64,000 bases of DNA from Octopus bimaculoides (lineage: Eukaryota). The stretch covers positions 32,505,264-32,569,263 of the forward strand of contig NC_069004.1 of the NCBI RefSeq assembly GCF_001194135.2, read 5' to 3'. The notes below the pieces were generated by a model. It was not told the origin of the DNA and did not search any database. It saw only the letters and a program-made list of their open reading frames with translations. Below, piece after piece: positions 26,382 through 39,979 of the stretch (position 1 is the first letter of the stretch; each line of letters opens with the position of its first letter). Both the position numbers and the translations under genes were made by a program.

Positions 26382-27074
26382 TTGGGCTAAATTGTTTAAC
26401 TAAATTATTTTCCTGTCACCATGGAATCTTTCTGAGTGGTCTTTTCTTGAATTCTTGGATACCACTTGGCAACTGCATGAGTTTAACAACCTTTTGACAT
26501 GCCCATCCTAGTGAAACTTGTGCTTTCACTATTTTGTGATCACATCGTTCATGCCTCTCTGTTTTCATATTATCTCATTTTACTCAGTTACTGTCTGCCA
26601 AATCCACTCACAAGGCTTTGATCAGTCCAGGGCTATAGTAGAAGACACTTGTCCAAAGTGTCATGCAGTGGGACTGAACCTGAAACCATGTAGTTGGGAA
26701 ATAAACTTCTTACCACACAGCAGCACCTCCACATATTACCCATCTCTTTTTGGTGTATCATCAAACATCAGAACAACTTTTCCACCCACTACATACAGTC
26801 CAAACACATTACATAATATATACTCTCTCATAATGTTATTCCTAGTGTGGGTCTTTCTATGACCCTTTGCATTGTAGCCAATTGATTTCCTTTTCCCTTC
26901 ATTGTAGCCTAAGTTTCACTTGCTTATATTAGTGCAGGTAGGATGGTATTATTGAAGAATCCTGTATATATGGTCTTGTCCAGCTTTACTTTGAACCCAC
27001 CCTTTATTGATATAAATGCCCTCCATCCTGCTCTTGTTCTCTTTAAGATTTCAGTATTCATGTCCCAGTGCATA

Positions 27075-27305
27075 CTCTTTACTCTTTTACTTGTTTCAGT
27101 CATTTGACTGCGGCCATGCTGGAGCACCGCCTTTTAGTCGAACAAATTGACCCCAGGACTTATTCTTTGTAAGCCTAGTACTTATTCTATCGGTCTCTTT
27201 TGCCAAACCGCTAAGTTACGGGGACATAAACACACCAGCATCGGTTGTCAAGCGATGGTGGTGGTGGTGGGGGGGACAAACACAGACACACAAACATATA
27301 CACGC

Positions 27306-27338
<33 letters not shown>

Positions 27339-27509
27339 CATATATACGACGGGCTTCTTTCAGTTTCTATCTACCAAATCCACTCACAAGGCTTTGGTCG
27401 GCCTGAGGCAATAGTAGAAGACACTTGCCCAAGCTGCCACGCAGTGGGACTGAACCCAGAACCATGTGGTTGGTAAGCAAGCTACTTACCACACAGCCAC
27501 TCCTGCGCC
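27075..27509 (-). mobile_element. Full-length, young SINE family A
   Basis: Reverse complement closely matches 14808-15258, with many CpGs retained. Confidence 0.9.
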
Positions 27510-28667
27510 TATTTACTATGTATTCGAAGTCCAATCTTATAATAACGATGGTCACTTACTTCGATATCAGCATATGAGTGTTTGAAGGAAAGGATTTACA
27601 CAAAAAAATGATTAAAAATAAAGATGATGTATCTATTTGCAATGGATGAGATTTGGATTTTGCTATGAAGTCACAATGGAGACAATGATGATTCTGATTT
27701 TGCCTGTGATTGGGCAAATGCACCTGTTGTTTACAGAATATAATTCTTTTATTATTCTGTTGCTTTTAGGTGTGAGGGCTTCATCTGTTTTTGAAACCTG
27801 AGCAAATTCCATCTTGATCCCTCCCAAGCCTCTGGTAATGCATCCAGATGGCTATTATGATAATAGTAATAATAATGATTTCAAATTTTGTCACAAGGCC
27901 AGCAATTTCAGAGGGGGTGGGGTAAGTCAATTACACTGAGCCAAGTACTCAACCGGTTCTTATTTCATCGATCCTAAAAGGATGAAAGGCAACGTTGACC
28001 TTGATGGGATTTGAACTCAGAACACAAAAACAGACGAAATTCTGCTAAGTATTTTGCCCAGCATGATAACAATTCTGCCAGTTACAGTGCACCGTAACTC
28101 ATTGGTAAAGGGCAAAAGAACGGACAGAGAGCAGCAATGAGTCAATTTTAAAAAAAAACAGCAAAGATAACCAAAAGCACATGGACCTCAATGCAATTTG
28201 ACCTCCAAAAATAAAAGCCAGATCAAATGCCACAAGGCATTTTGATCACTCCCAACTGTTCTGCCAGCCAACTGTCCAAATAATAATAATAAGCTTAATA
28301 ATAATAATAATAATGATGATGATGATGATGAATATCTGTGAATAGAGCTTGTCAATAAGGCTGATAAAGAAAAACGCCCCAGATGGCTTAGGTGAATATA
28401 AAGTGAACATCACATTGTCATAGTAAAACACACAAAAGGTTGTATTATGTCAATAAATTATGAATGCCTCCCTTTTGTCTTTGCTTTTGTTGCAATGGAC
28501 ATGCAACAATAGTGAAACACATGTGTGGTGTGCGTGTGTATATATGTAATCTGTGTGTGTGTGTATATGTAATGTCTTTATAAGTGTATTATGTGTGTGT
28601 ATATAATATATATATATATACACACATATATACACAAATACATGTGTGCATGTATATATGTGTGGAC

Positions 28668-28709
<42 letters not shown>

Positions 28710-29287
28710 AATTCAATGTATCTGTACATATGTATTTATATGTACATACACACACACATATACAGATAAATAGATTAGAGAGAGAGAGAGGTGGAGAGAG
28801 AAGATAACATCACCTAAGTCTGTCTCTTTGCAAGCCTAGCCTTGTGTGGTGAGAGAGACTGTTTGCAAATGTATACACATACTTGCATTGTATTCTTTAT
28901 AAATGTGTCTTTAAAAGTATATGTATGGATATGTCTGTGTATGGCACTCTATGTGTATATAACTCTTTGTGTATGTGTCTGTATATGTGTTTGTGTGTTG
29001 TTTTTCAAGTAAGGCATTTCACTGGTTATCCCATGTTGCACCATCAAGCTTTGTAAGACATTGCATATGTGCTACATATGGCAACGACACCACTACACAG
29101 GCAGTGTCAACGTCCACACAAACACCCACATTCATTCTCATGTATTTATGTACATATAGTGACAGTCTTTATGCATCTGTTGAGTTTGACTCACAAGGCC
29201 TGGAGATGTACTGAGAAGACGCTTGCACAAGATACAACGCAATGGGACTGAATCTGAAACCATGAGTTTAGGAAATCATCTTTTGTG

Positions 29288-29748
29288 GGCAGACATAAAG
29301 AATGTGGATTGCACCCCCTTTTTTTTCTTTTTTTTTCTTTTTTTTTCTTCTTTTTTTACAGGATCCCCCATTTTCGAGTATGAAGATTCTGATTCTGCNN
29401 NNNNNNNNNNNNNNNNNNNNNNNNNNNNNNNNNNNNNNNNNNNNNNNNNNNNNNNNNNNNNNNNNNNNNNNNNNNNNNNNNNNNNNNNNNNNNNNNNNNN
29501 NNNNNNCACTTTTTCTTAAAAATTGAAACTTTACAAAAATTTCATAATCTCCGTATTTTTCCATGTATTTCACAAAAAAAAAAAAAGAATTCTGAAAAAA
29601 GTGAAAAATTGAAGAATTTGGTGGGGTGGGGGAAATTTTTAAATGCTGTTTTTTTTTTGCAGAGTCAGAATCTCCGTACTTGAAAACGGGGGATTCTGCA
29701 AAAAAAAAAAGATGAAAGGGGGTGTGGTCTACATTCTTTACATCTGCC
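29288..29748. mobile_element. Non-autonomous DNA element with long TIRs, GG...CC ends and 8-bp TSD (Merlin- or MULE-like)
   Basis: CTTTTGTG at 29280-29287 and 29749-29756; about 100-bp imperfect inverted arms (ggcagacataaagaatgtgga...gattctgattctgc / gcagagtcagaatc...tctacattctttacatctgcc); internal gap. Confidence 0.8.
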
Positions 29749-29769
29749 CTTTTGTGTATGTGTGCATAA

Positions 29770-29878
29770 ATGAGGGGTGTATGAAAAGTTTTGAGCCTTG
29801 TAATCTTGTACCTTCATCAGAAGTCTTGTACCATGTTTTGCTTTTTTGAGGCTCAAGACTTTTCATACACCCCTTGTA
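29770..29878. mobile_element. Tc1/mariner-type MITE (about 108 bp)
   Basis: TIRs gaggggtgtatgaaaagttttgagcct / aggctcaagacttttcatacacccctt, followed by gTA. Confidence 0.8.
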
Positions 29879-32496
29879 CTTGCTCATCTCAGCACTTCTG
29901 GTAGGAACATCAGCTGCATTTCAACCTATCTGGGCTTTTTCAATAGTGCATACTCACAACCAGCTTCTTGACATGTTGCTCGAGTTTTGTAACCAAAGGC
30001 TTATTCACACAGTGTGGTATGTTTCCAGTTCTCTGCACAAAGACATGCCTGAGCTGTTTGTTTTACAATAGGTTAATCCACATTACTCTGTAAGGAGCAT
30101 AGGGTTAGTTTCCTGATTTCTCTGGTGTATATATTTCTCCTGGGATGGGATGCTAGTCTGTTGTCGGATTACTCACCTTTAACAGCTGAACGGACTAGAG
30201 CAGTGTGAAATGAAGTGTTTCACTCAAGAACACAACACTTTGCTTGGCTCACCCTAACCACTAAGCCATGCACCCCACGCTCAAGAACCCAATGCATCAG
30301 GTGATCCAGGAATTGAAACCACAATCTTACAATCACAAGTTAAACATCTTAACTACAAAGCCATGTGACTGGGATGTTATTACCTCACTTGGGAACAAAT
30401 GGGTATTAGTGACAGGAAGGGCTATAGAAAACCGACCCCAACATATACTCGTGTGACCCATGCAAACATGAAAAGGTAGGCGTTAAAATGATGCTGATGA
30501 TAACTATATATATGTTTATACATATATATACATACATAAAGACATAGATCTATATGTATGTATGTATGTATGTATGTATAAAACATATACAAATCAATAT
30601 TTAATACCATTTTATGCTTACAGTTTTAATATCTTTTTTTTTATATTTACACCTTATACCACTTCTCCACTCACACTTCAACATCACAAATATATCAAAC
30701 ATTTATTGTTTTCTTCTATCTTTCATTTTTCCCCCCTTTTTTCCTGCAAGCCATATGTTTTTATGATGTATTGTGATTTTGAAAGTTCAATGGAGGAGGC
30801 ACCTCATATTTAGGCAGTTGAAAATTATAAATCACTTAGCTACTCTTGCCCTGGGCCTGAGGCAGTGGCTTGGCAAGTGATTCTACAAAGTGGCTAAATA
30901 AAGAAAGATAATACTAATACTAATACTAATAATAATAATAATTTCTAAATTTGGCACAAAACCAGCAATTTTAGTGGGAGTGGAGCAAGTCAACCACATT
31001 GACCCCAATGCTTGTTTTATCAATCCCAAAATGATGAAAAGCAAAATTGACCTCAGTGGCATTAGAACTCAAAATGTAAGAAGCCGGAAGGGATGCTGCT
31101 AAGCATCTTGTTTGACGTGCTTGTGATTCTGCCAGTTTGCCATTTCAATAATAATGGTAATTATTATTATAATCATTTGCCACAAGGACTGAAAGAAATG
31201 CTATACAAAGCTAGAAAAATTGTGGGTGTTTGCATATACATGTATAAACTGTAAAGCAATAACAATCAACAAGAAAATTGATCACCCCAAACTACTATGG
31301 CCACTACTAGGAGACACCTCTTCACCCCATGGTTCCTAAGATAGGCATAAGGCTAGCAATTTTTGAGGGGGCAGGGTTAGTTTATACCATTGATCTCAGT
31401 ATTAAGCTGTTACTTTATTTTTTCCAACCCTGGAAAGCTGAAGGGCATAGTTAACATCAGTGGGATTTGAACTCACTATTACTTTTCTCTTACTTGTTTC
31501 AGTCATTGGACTGTGGCTATGCTGGGGCACTGCCCTGAAGGATTTAGTCAAACAAATTAGCTCCATTACTTAGTTTTTTAAGCCTGGTACATCTTTTCTA
31601 TCAGCCTCTTTTCTGCCCAATTGCTAAGTTACAGGGACATAAACAAACCAACTGTGGTTTGTCATGTGGAATTGATGAAGAACACAAAAAGTTTCTTTCA
31701 GTTTTCATCAACCAGATCCACCCACAAGGCTTTGGTTGGTTCGGAGCTATTGTAGAAGACACTTGCCCAAAGTGCTGTGGAGTAGGTCTGAACCAGGAAC
31801 CATGTGGTTGGGAAGCAAATGTATTACCACATAGCCTTGCCTGTACCTGTAGAAGGTCATAAAATGTTTCAGAAAAGACTTGGTATATTTGACTGATATC
31901 GACCCCTTCCAGACTATATTACATGCATAGATTTTATAGAGACCCTATTGAAATAGAAAGGGCAGTCATCTCTACCACATACACCCCATAGGATATTGAA
32001 CTCAGGAGATATGGAAGGACACAAGACAAAATGTCACACCACTGCTCCTTTTAATAATAATGATGCTGAAAATGAAGATTTTATACTCCAGCACCCAGTA
32101 ACCATTTAGAATTTACCATTTATGCTCTGTTGGAATTTGTATTTATTTATTGAAGTGTGAAAGAAAAATGTTGGTAAGTCTCAGATAATTGCTTCAAGGG
32201 AAGTGAAAAAATTGTATTGAAATTTCTCTCTCTCTCTCCCTTTCTGTCTCTCTCATTCTCCCTCTCCCTTTCTCTATCTCTCTTGCTCTCACTCTCTCTT
32301 TCCTGATATGTGTATTATATAAAAGTATGTGTGTTATATATGCATATGCATGTATTATATCTGTTATATATATATATATTTGTGTGTGAGTATATGTATA
32401 TATATGCATGCATATTGGGTATATATGTATCTATATATGAATATGTGTCTCTTTCTCTCTCTTAGTCATTCCTTTATTTCTTTCTCTATTTCTCCC

Positions 32497-32530
<34 letters not shown>

Positions 32531-34458
32531 TGCCCTCACAAACTATTTCAAACATACATACATTTACTTCTTTATATCTTATATTTTGTTTTTACATTTT
32601 TCTGATTTCCTTCCCACTCATCAAGTTAAAAGCTTTATATATATACATTTTTATTTATGTTTATACACACTCACTTATACACCCACACAACATAGATGTT
32701 CTGTGCACAGGCCGCACTATAAATACTAAGTTGAAAGCCTTATAACATCTCTCTATAACCAACGGGCAGAAAGAACCCATCCACACACAATGTACTCGTT
32801 TCTGATTTTTTTCTATGCAACAATGAATTTAAATTTATTAATTTCTTATTAAAGAAAATATGGGAACTTGCGATGATTACGCCTCTCCCTATGACTAGGA
32901 ACATAAAAAGGATGTGTGGAAAGGGTTTCAAACTTCCAGAACCCATCCATCCCTCCCTGTTTTCGGTAATCAGCTGTGCCTGTGTATTCTGCAATATCAA
33001 GATCAACAAATTGGTGGTTGTTAATTAGACCCGTCATCGTCATCATTTTAACAATCCTTTTTTCTATAGAAGCATGAGTTAGATAGAATCTGTTGGCAAA
33101 GTGTTTTCTATGGCCAGATGTTCTTCCTCTTACCCACCCTCACTGGTTTCCAGGCATAGTAAGGCTTCTCCAATGGCTGGGAATGTTTTCATGGAAGATT
33201 GAAAATCAACGGCATCACTTGCGTGATGGTGACACTCATTTACAACTATCATATGCAACTAGAAGGAGCAATCAAATCTCCCTGAAATTACAATTAACAA
33301 ATATCAAAGACTATCTAATAATGCCTACCAAACCACAAGACAGAGAGGTTGCACTTGGAACATAGTTAAGTGATGAAACCAGAAAATGGTCAAAGGAATG
33401 CCACATGTAAAGTCTGTGGTGAAAATAAATCTGAGTGGAGCACTGTGCTTTGTAAGATATCACCATCATGATGATGATGATGATGATCATTATTATCATC
33501 ACCACCACTACTACCACCAACACATTCCCTTCAACATATGGCTATGATGCTCCCCCACTACTTCTGCTCATGATCAGAGATGCACATATCGTCAACCACC
33601 AAGGGACATGCTCAACTGGTTACGGTCAAACAACTGACAAGCAAATCTGTGGTATTGAGCAGAATATTTGCTGTAGCCCATCTTTTATAATTTGTTATCG
33701 TTTTTTTGTTCAGTTTTCCTTTTCCATGCTTGCATGGGTTGGACAGAATTCACCAAAGCAGGTGATAGTAGTAGTGGTAGAGGTGGTGGTGGTGGTAACA
33801 GTGATATGACAATGATAGTGGCAGTAGGGGTGATAGTGGTGATAGTAAAAGTGGTGGTTGTGGTGGTGATAGTGGTGGTGGTGGGGATAGTGTTGGTGGT
33901 AGCAGTATCAGTGATTGTGATGGTGGTTGTGGTGGTGGGCATGGCAGTAGTGTTAGTGATAATGGGGGGTAGTAACAGTGACAGTGATGATAGTATAGGT
34001 TGCAGTAGTGGTGATAACAGTAGCTGTGGTAGTGATGGCAGAGGAGGTGATAGAGCTGGTGGTGGTGGTGGTGGTGGTGGTGGTGGTGAGGGTGAGCAGT
34101 GAGAATAAAAAAGAAAACACACCTCAACACAGAAAAAAAAAAATGCCTGCTGTCTTATTAATTCAATTAACTAAATTAATAAAGTATTAGTAATTGCAAT
34201 TGTGTGATTGCAGTTGTGTGATGCAGTGCAAACAGCCATTAGTTTCGGCCACAGCTGGAAATTGCTATGCTAACGAGGTTTATTACGAGAGACTATGTCA
34301 GGCTTTACTGACAATCCACATCTAAGTAGCCATAAAATCTGGCCCATTGTGGATTTGGTTTGTATTGAACCTGGTCACACTGGTTCACAGAATTGTTATT
34401 TCTTGGGTTTCATTATCAGCCAACAGGTGTGTATAGGGTCAATCAATTTTTTCTCTAG

Positions 34459-34823
34459 TCTTTTACTTGCTTCAGTCATTTGACTGTGGCCATGCTAGAG
34501 CACTGCCTTAAAGGGTTTTAGTTGGACAAATTGACCCCCAGGACTTATTCTATCAGTCTCTTTTGCTGAACCTCTAAGTTACGGGGACGCAAACACATCA
34601 ACATTGGTTGTCAGGAAGGGGACTAACAAAGACACACATATAAATACACACATACATATATGATGGGCTTCCTCTAGTTTCCATCTATCAAATCCACTCA
34701 CAAGGCTTTGCTCGGCCCGAGGCTATAGTAGAAGACACTCACCCAAGGTGTCATGCAGTGGGACTGAACCTGGAACCATGTCGTTGGGAAGCAAGCTTCT
34801 TACCACACAGTCATGCCTGAGCC
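34459..34823 (-). mobile_element. SINE family A
   Basis: Homologous to 27075-27509. Confidence 0.85.
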
Positions 34824-35202
34824 TATATGTGTTAGAATTAGTAACCGATGTCTATTTATATGTTTCACTTGTTTCAGTCATTAGATTATGGCCATGCTGG
34901 GGCACCATCAAAGACAGATAGAGGTATATAAAATAACAGAATATAAATTATGGATTTATTGAAATTATCTCTGCTTCAAGAGAGTAGACCACTTGCTTGT
35001 GACAACTGGCACAAACTCTAAATGAAAAGGGGAGGGTATTTCAAGAATCAAGAGTTCTCCAATATTGACATGCCATCAGGAAAAAGACAGTCCAGTTGTC
35101 CAAAGACAAGAGGATAGCTGAGGACTCTTGTCTTACTGCAAGAGACATCATCAATGCAGAAAATGCCCTTCCTTATCCTCACATATGTATTCGTACTCTC
35201 TC

Positions 35203-35321
<119 letters not shown>

Positions 35322-35386
35322 ACATCAATTTGTAGAGTTCCAACATTATCGTTAATGTTGTTGTTGCTATCATTATTATTATTATT

Positions 35387-35742
35387 GTTCTATATTTAAG
35401 AGATGAGGAATTATATACATTATTTACAATTGGTGGATATTTGTCCTTGTCTTGTATGCCCATGGGCATATGGCATAGTAGTTAAGAGCGCGGGCTACTA
35501 ACCTCAAGATTCCGAGTTCGATTCCAGGCAGTGACCTGAATAATAGTAATAATAATAGTAATAATAATAATAATAATCATAATAATAATAATATCGAAAA
35601 ATACCTTAGGAATGAGAACCCAGGTTTGAAATTTCCCTAAGACACCCGATGAAGGCTGGAGGGTATATCAGCCCAAATGTTGTGTTAACAACAAACAAGA
35701 TGAGGACAAATATCCGTCAATTGTAAATAATGGAAATAATGT
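35387..35742 (+). mobile_element. tRNA-headed element with degenerate hammerhead and an inverted 5' copy of its tail
   Basis: A-box-like TGGCATAGTAG 35471-35481; B-box GTTCGATTCC 35516-35525; (AAT)n linker; hammerhead-like 35642-35685; 35418-35454 is the reverse complement of 35696-35732 at 33/37. Confidence 0.7.
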
Positions 35743-35778
35743 ATTATTATTATTGTTATTATTATTATTATTATTTAA

Positions 35779-36032
35779 GGCGGCGATCTGGCAGAATTGT
35801 TAGCATGCCGGGCAAAATGCTTAGCAGCATTTCGTCTGTCTTTACATTCTGAGTTCAAATTCCGCTGAGGTCAACTTTCACTTTCATCTTTTCAAAGTTG
35901 ATAAAATAAGTACCAGTTGCGTACTGGGGTCGATGTAATCGACTCATCTCCTCCCCTCCCCCCAAAATTGCTGCCCTTGTGGCAAAATTTGAAACCATTA
36001 TTATTATCATTTTAATTATCATTATTATTATT
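35779..36032 (+). mobile_element. SINE family B
   Basis: Homologous to 10642-10948; flanked by (ATT)n. Confidence 0.85.
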
Positions 36033-36868
36033 ATTTGTTTCCACTACTTTACTCTTATATTTTTCAGGTAAGAAATTATCACTGTGGAAATCAGGAAATT
36101 CTATTTCTGAGTGGTTTGGTTGATGTATTTTTCACTTCTGGTTGCACAACAATAAGCGCGATGTCGTTGAGTATTTTTATTTATATTTTATATAACCTAA
36201 CACTACTTCTTTGTTCATTGAAAAATTTTGTAGTTTCTATGTTATCTGTTACTATCACTAATTATTTCTCTTGTTTAACTTTACTATTTACCTATCATCA
36301 GACAGACTACCTTGCTGTATTTCTTCTGACACGTGGGGCTCTGAGTTGAAATCCACCTGTATTTAATTTTGCCTTTAATCCTTCCAAGGGTTGATAAAAA
36401 AGAAAAGTACTAATGAAGGGCTGAGGATTTGTGGAACTGTAAAATTGGTTTGGCTCTTCATGTTCTAAGTCCAAATCTCACTGTGGCCTACTTGTGTAGT
36501 AAGTAGCCTTAGCCTATTGCCTTGTTTAAAACACACCATATGGTACAAAGTGCTTATGCACATGTATAAGCATGCAAACATATGCAACGTACTAATCCAT
36601 GCTTGTAACCTATGTATATATACATGCTTATATGCATAAAAGGGAAAGTGCATACACATACATTTTTGTATGTGTACAGTTAAACATTTAAATATACTGG
36701 AAATGACATTGTCTGTCAAAATTTTAAAATAAACACAATGGAACTACACATGGGTTGTTGGCAATTTCTCTCTCTTTTGACTGAGTGTTAAACTAATACA
36801 TTCTTTATCCATGTCCTTTTGTTGTCTGTTAATTTTATTATTTGACTTCATTGGTTATATGAACTGAC

Positions 36869-36900
<32 letters not shown>

Positions 36901-37110
36901 CTGAGGGTGATAAATTGAATATTAATTTAGTTAACATCAATTTAAAACCAGTGGCCTAACATATAAAAAAAATCTGAAAATTCAGAAAAATTGTATTACA
37001 TGCATATAAGGAGGGATGACCACTAAGTGGACATCCAATATATTAGAAAGAGGTCATCAACGACTCAACCACTAAGAAAAATAATGTTCTCCAGGTCATC
37101 CCTTCTTATA

Positions 37111-37147
<37 letters not shown>

Positions 37148-37617
37148 CTCCAGGTTAAACACCAACAACAATAAATTGCAAAAAAAAAAAAATAATAAAT
37201 AAAGTAAAAAATGCAATACTTGAATCCTAACTTCAATGAACTCCTCTGTCCTGTGGCATCTAGCTGGACTGAGCTGTTCAAACCTATGTGCTTTGGTCAG
37301 GGAAAGTCTTTAGTCCCTAAAGCACAATGCAATCCCCCCTTCATGACTGATTGTTCCCCGATACTGCATGTTTCAGTTCTCCAGGACTCTGTCACACACT
37401 GACGTAACATTGTTGCTCCGGCGATAAGTTATCTCACATTTTCCACCTTGTACATCCTCCTGGACATTTAGTTTCCCCAGGTTACCAATCAATGTTCATA
37501 TCGAAATATCTTTTATGTATCTGAAGATATCTGCAGTGACTATATCCTACACTAATATCCCTCAGTTGCCAATTGAGATTCACATCATGCGTTATCTTTA
37601 TTTGTCCATAGATAAGC

Positions 37618-37687
<70 letters not shown>

Positions 37688-38767
37688 GGTTGTTTTTGCT
37701 GTTGTATCTGTCTAGCCAGCACAATTATATTTTTTCCCAAGTTGCCAGTATGAGTTTCAGATCACGCAATTTCTTTATTGATTTTGAAGATACGTCCTAA
37801 TATATACTAGTTGTTGCTGTTGTTGATGATGTTGCTGATATTTATAAATAGCCACTACTATAATGTCTTTGGGTTGTCCGTGAAGCTTCAGATCACAAGA
37901 TATCTTTATTGAACCGTGAAATTGTTGCAGTATTTTGGTTGTATCTGATCTGTCAGCAAGTCATCATGGCCCATCAGATATAGTTATGTACCCTGTCCCG
38001 ACCACCCTACCTTACCCTGTCCTGTGCTACCTTTCAGGGTTTCCAGTGCCAAAAACTTGCATTGTTGAGTGTCAGACAAACAAGCTGTCCATTCAACCAG
38101 AACAAAGTAATGATATATCTGTGTGCAACATGTTACAATGGTTGTTGGCTACTGTCATTAGCCGACACATTACAACAGCCATGAGAAGGTCTACCAGGGG
38201 CTCGACCAGTTGTTGTAGGGTCTTTTTGTATGGCACCAGGTCAACCCTGATCAAGCAGACTAATGATCAAATGCATTCCACCCATGACCTTCCTGCCATT
38301 TTTTTTTCGTTTTGCTTTGTAAGGAATATCTACAGTTATGGACACAGATTATGGCTGTGGGCTTAAGAAGCTTGCTTTGCAACCACCTGGTTCTAGGATC
38401 AGTCCCACTGCACAGCAGCTACAACCCCAGATCATCTAATGCCTTGTGAGTGAATTTGGTAAATAGAAACTATGTGGAAGCATGACGTGTGTGTGCGTAT
38501 CTCTCAACACTACTTGACAACCAGTGCTGGTTTGTTTACATCCCCATAACTTGGTGGATTGATAGAATAAGTACTGGGTCAATTTGTTGAAGGAATATTT
38601 GCCTTATTTTGGATGTAATTTTGGCTGTTTGTTTGGGTACTGGCAGCTCTCTCCCAGATATGTGAAATGTAATCAATTGTGAAGATTTGTTGGTGGTGCT
38701 TATGTCCTAAAAACAACTCCAGACTGGTTGAATTGTTCTAATCCTGAGAGAGCTTTTGTTTTTCATT

Positions 38768-39474
38768 TTAACCTTTTGTCACCATATCTCTGTTGTAACA
38801 TACTACTTTTGTGTCAGTTAATTTTGGAAATAATGAAGAAGTTATTAAAATTACTTTGTCATTATTAAGCTAGTGCTTGGAACACAAATTAGTATGAACT
38901 TTTGATAGAAGGTTTTCATTTAGATCACTTTAGCTTTTGGTACAATAATTTTGTCAAAAATACATACATTGCCTTGTTTCAATTAATTTTGAAAATAATG
39001 AAGAAATTAGTAAAATAACCTTGTCATTATTAAGCCACTGTTTGGAACACAAATTTACATAAGCTGTTCATGAAAGGTTTTTAATTAAACCACTTTAACC
39101 CTTTTGTTACTGTATTTCTGTTGAAATATACTGCTTTGTTTCAATTAATTTGCATGTAATGATGAAATTAGTAACATAAATTTGTCCTTATTAAACTGGC
39201 GCTTGGAACATAAATCAACATTAAATTTCAATGGCAGGTTTTTTTAATTAAATCACTTGAACCCTTTTGTTACCAGGTTTTTGTCTTTGTTTTAATAAAT
39301 TTTGAAAATAACAAAGGATTTCTAAAAGAACTTTGTTATTAATTAAGCTGGTGTTTGGAACTTAAATTAACATGAAATTCTGATAGAAAGCGTTAATTTA
39401 GATCACTTTAACGCAGGAAGTTTATGTCCTAGAACAAGGGACAGCCTCAGATGGATTAATATCAAAAGGGTTAA
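38768..39474. mobile_element. piggyBac-type MITE with four tandem units of about 165 bp
   Basis: Begins TTAA-ccttttg, ends aaaagggTTAA; each unit restarts at (t)aacccttttgtt; one unit at 51410-51630 and about two inverted units at 58250-58538. Confidence 0.75.
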
Positions 39475-39979
39475 AGTACAACATAAAGAAAACATTGGGA
39501 GTCATATCAATAATCTCGAGCAAGTAATAGTTCTATGTTGTAAAATCTCGAGAAGAGATTAGAGTAGTAACCACACTAATCCCTCAACATGTCATGGGTT
39601 ACTTATCGCGGTTTATTATTTAAGCTTACATTGATTCCTCCATGGTGTTGTTTTGCATTTATCATAAAATAAATGTATACAAATTATAAAAATAATAAAA
39701 TATATATATATATATATATATATTTTGAAACGCCTAGTTTAGAATAGAGGCAGCTAATGAAGGAAAAGTTCCATAAGTGGCTCATCTGTTTTCCTATGTT
39801 TTCATTCTGTTGTCTGTAAAGAAAGTCTGTTTTTGTTTTTTATGTCCCCGTTCACTTTTCTGACGTCCTGTACCCGGATATGCATCTATATATACATGTA
39901 GATGTATATATATGTATGTATACATGCATATGCTCATATATCATTTGTATTATTATATATATATATGTATATACATACA

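Noticed and set aside
35464-35540. Functional tRNA gene
   Set aside because: Acceptor and anticodon stems pair poorly, the ACT anticodon is atypical, and the head runs into a repeat body; treated as a SINE-like head
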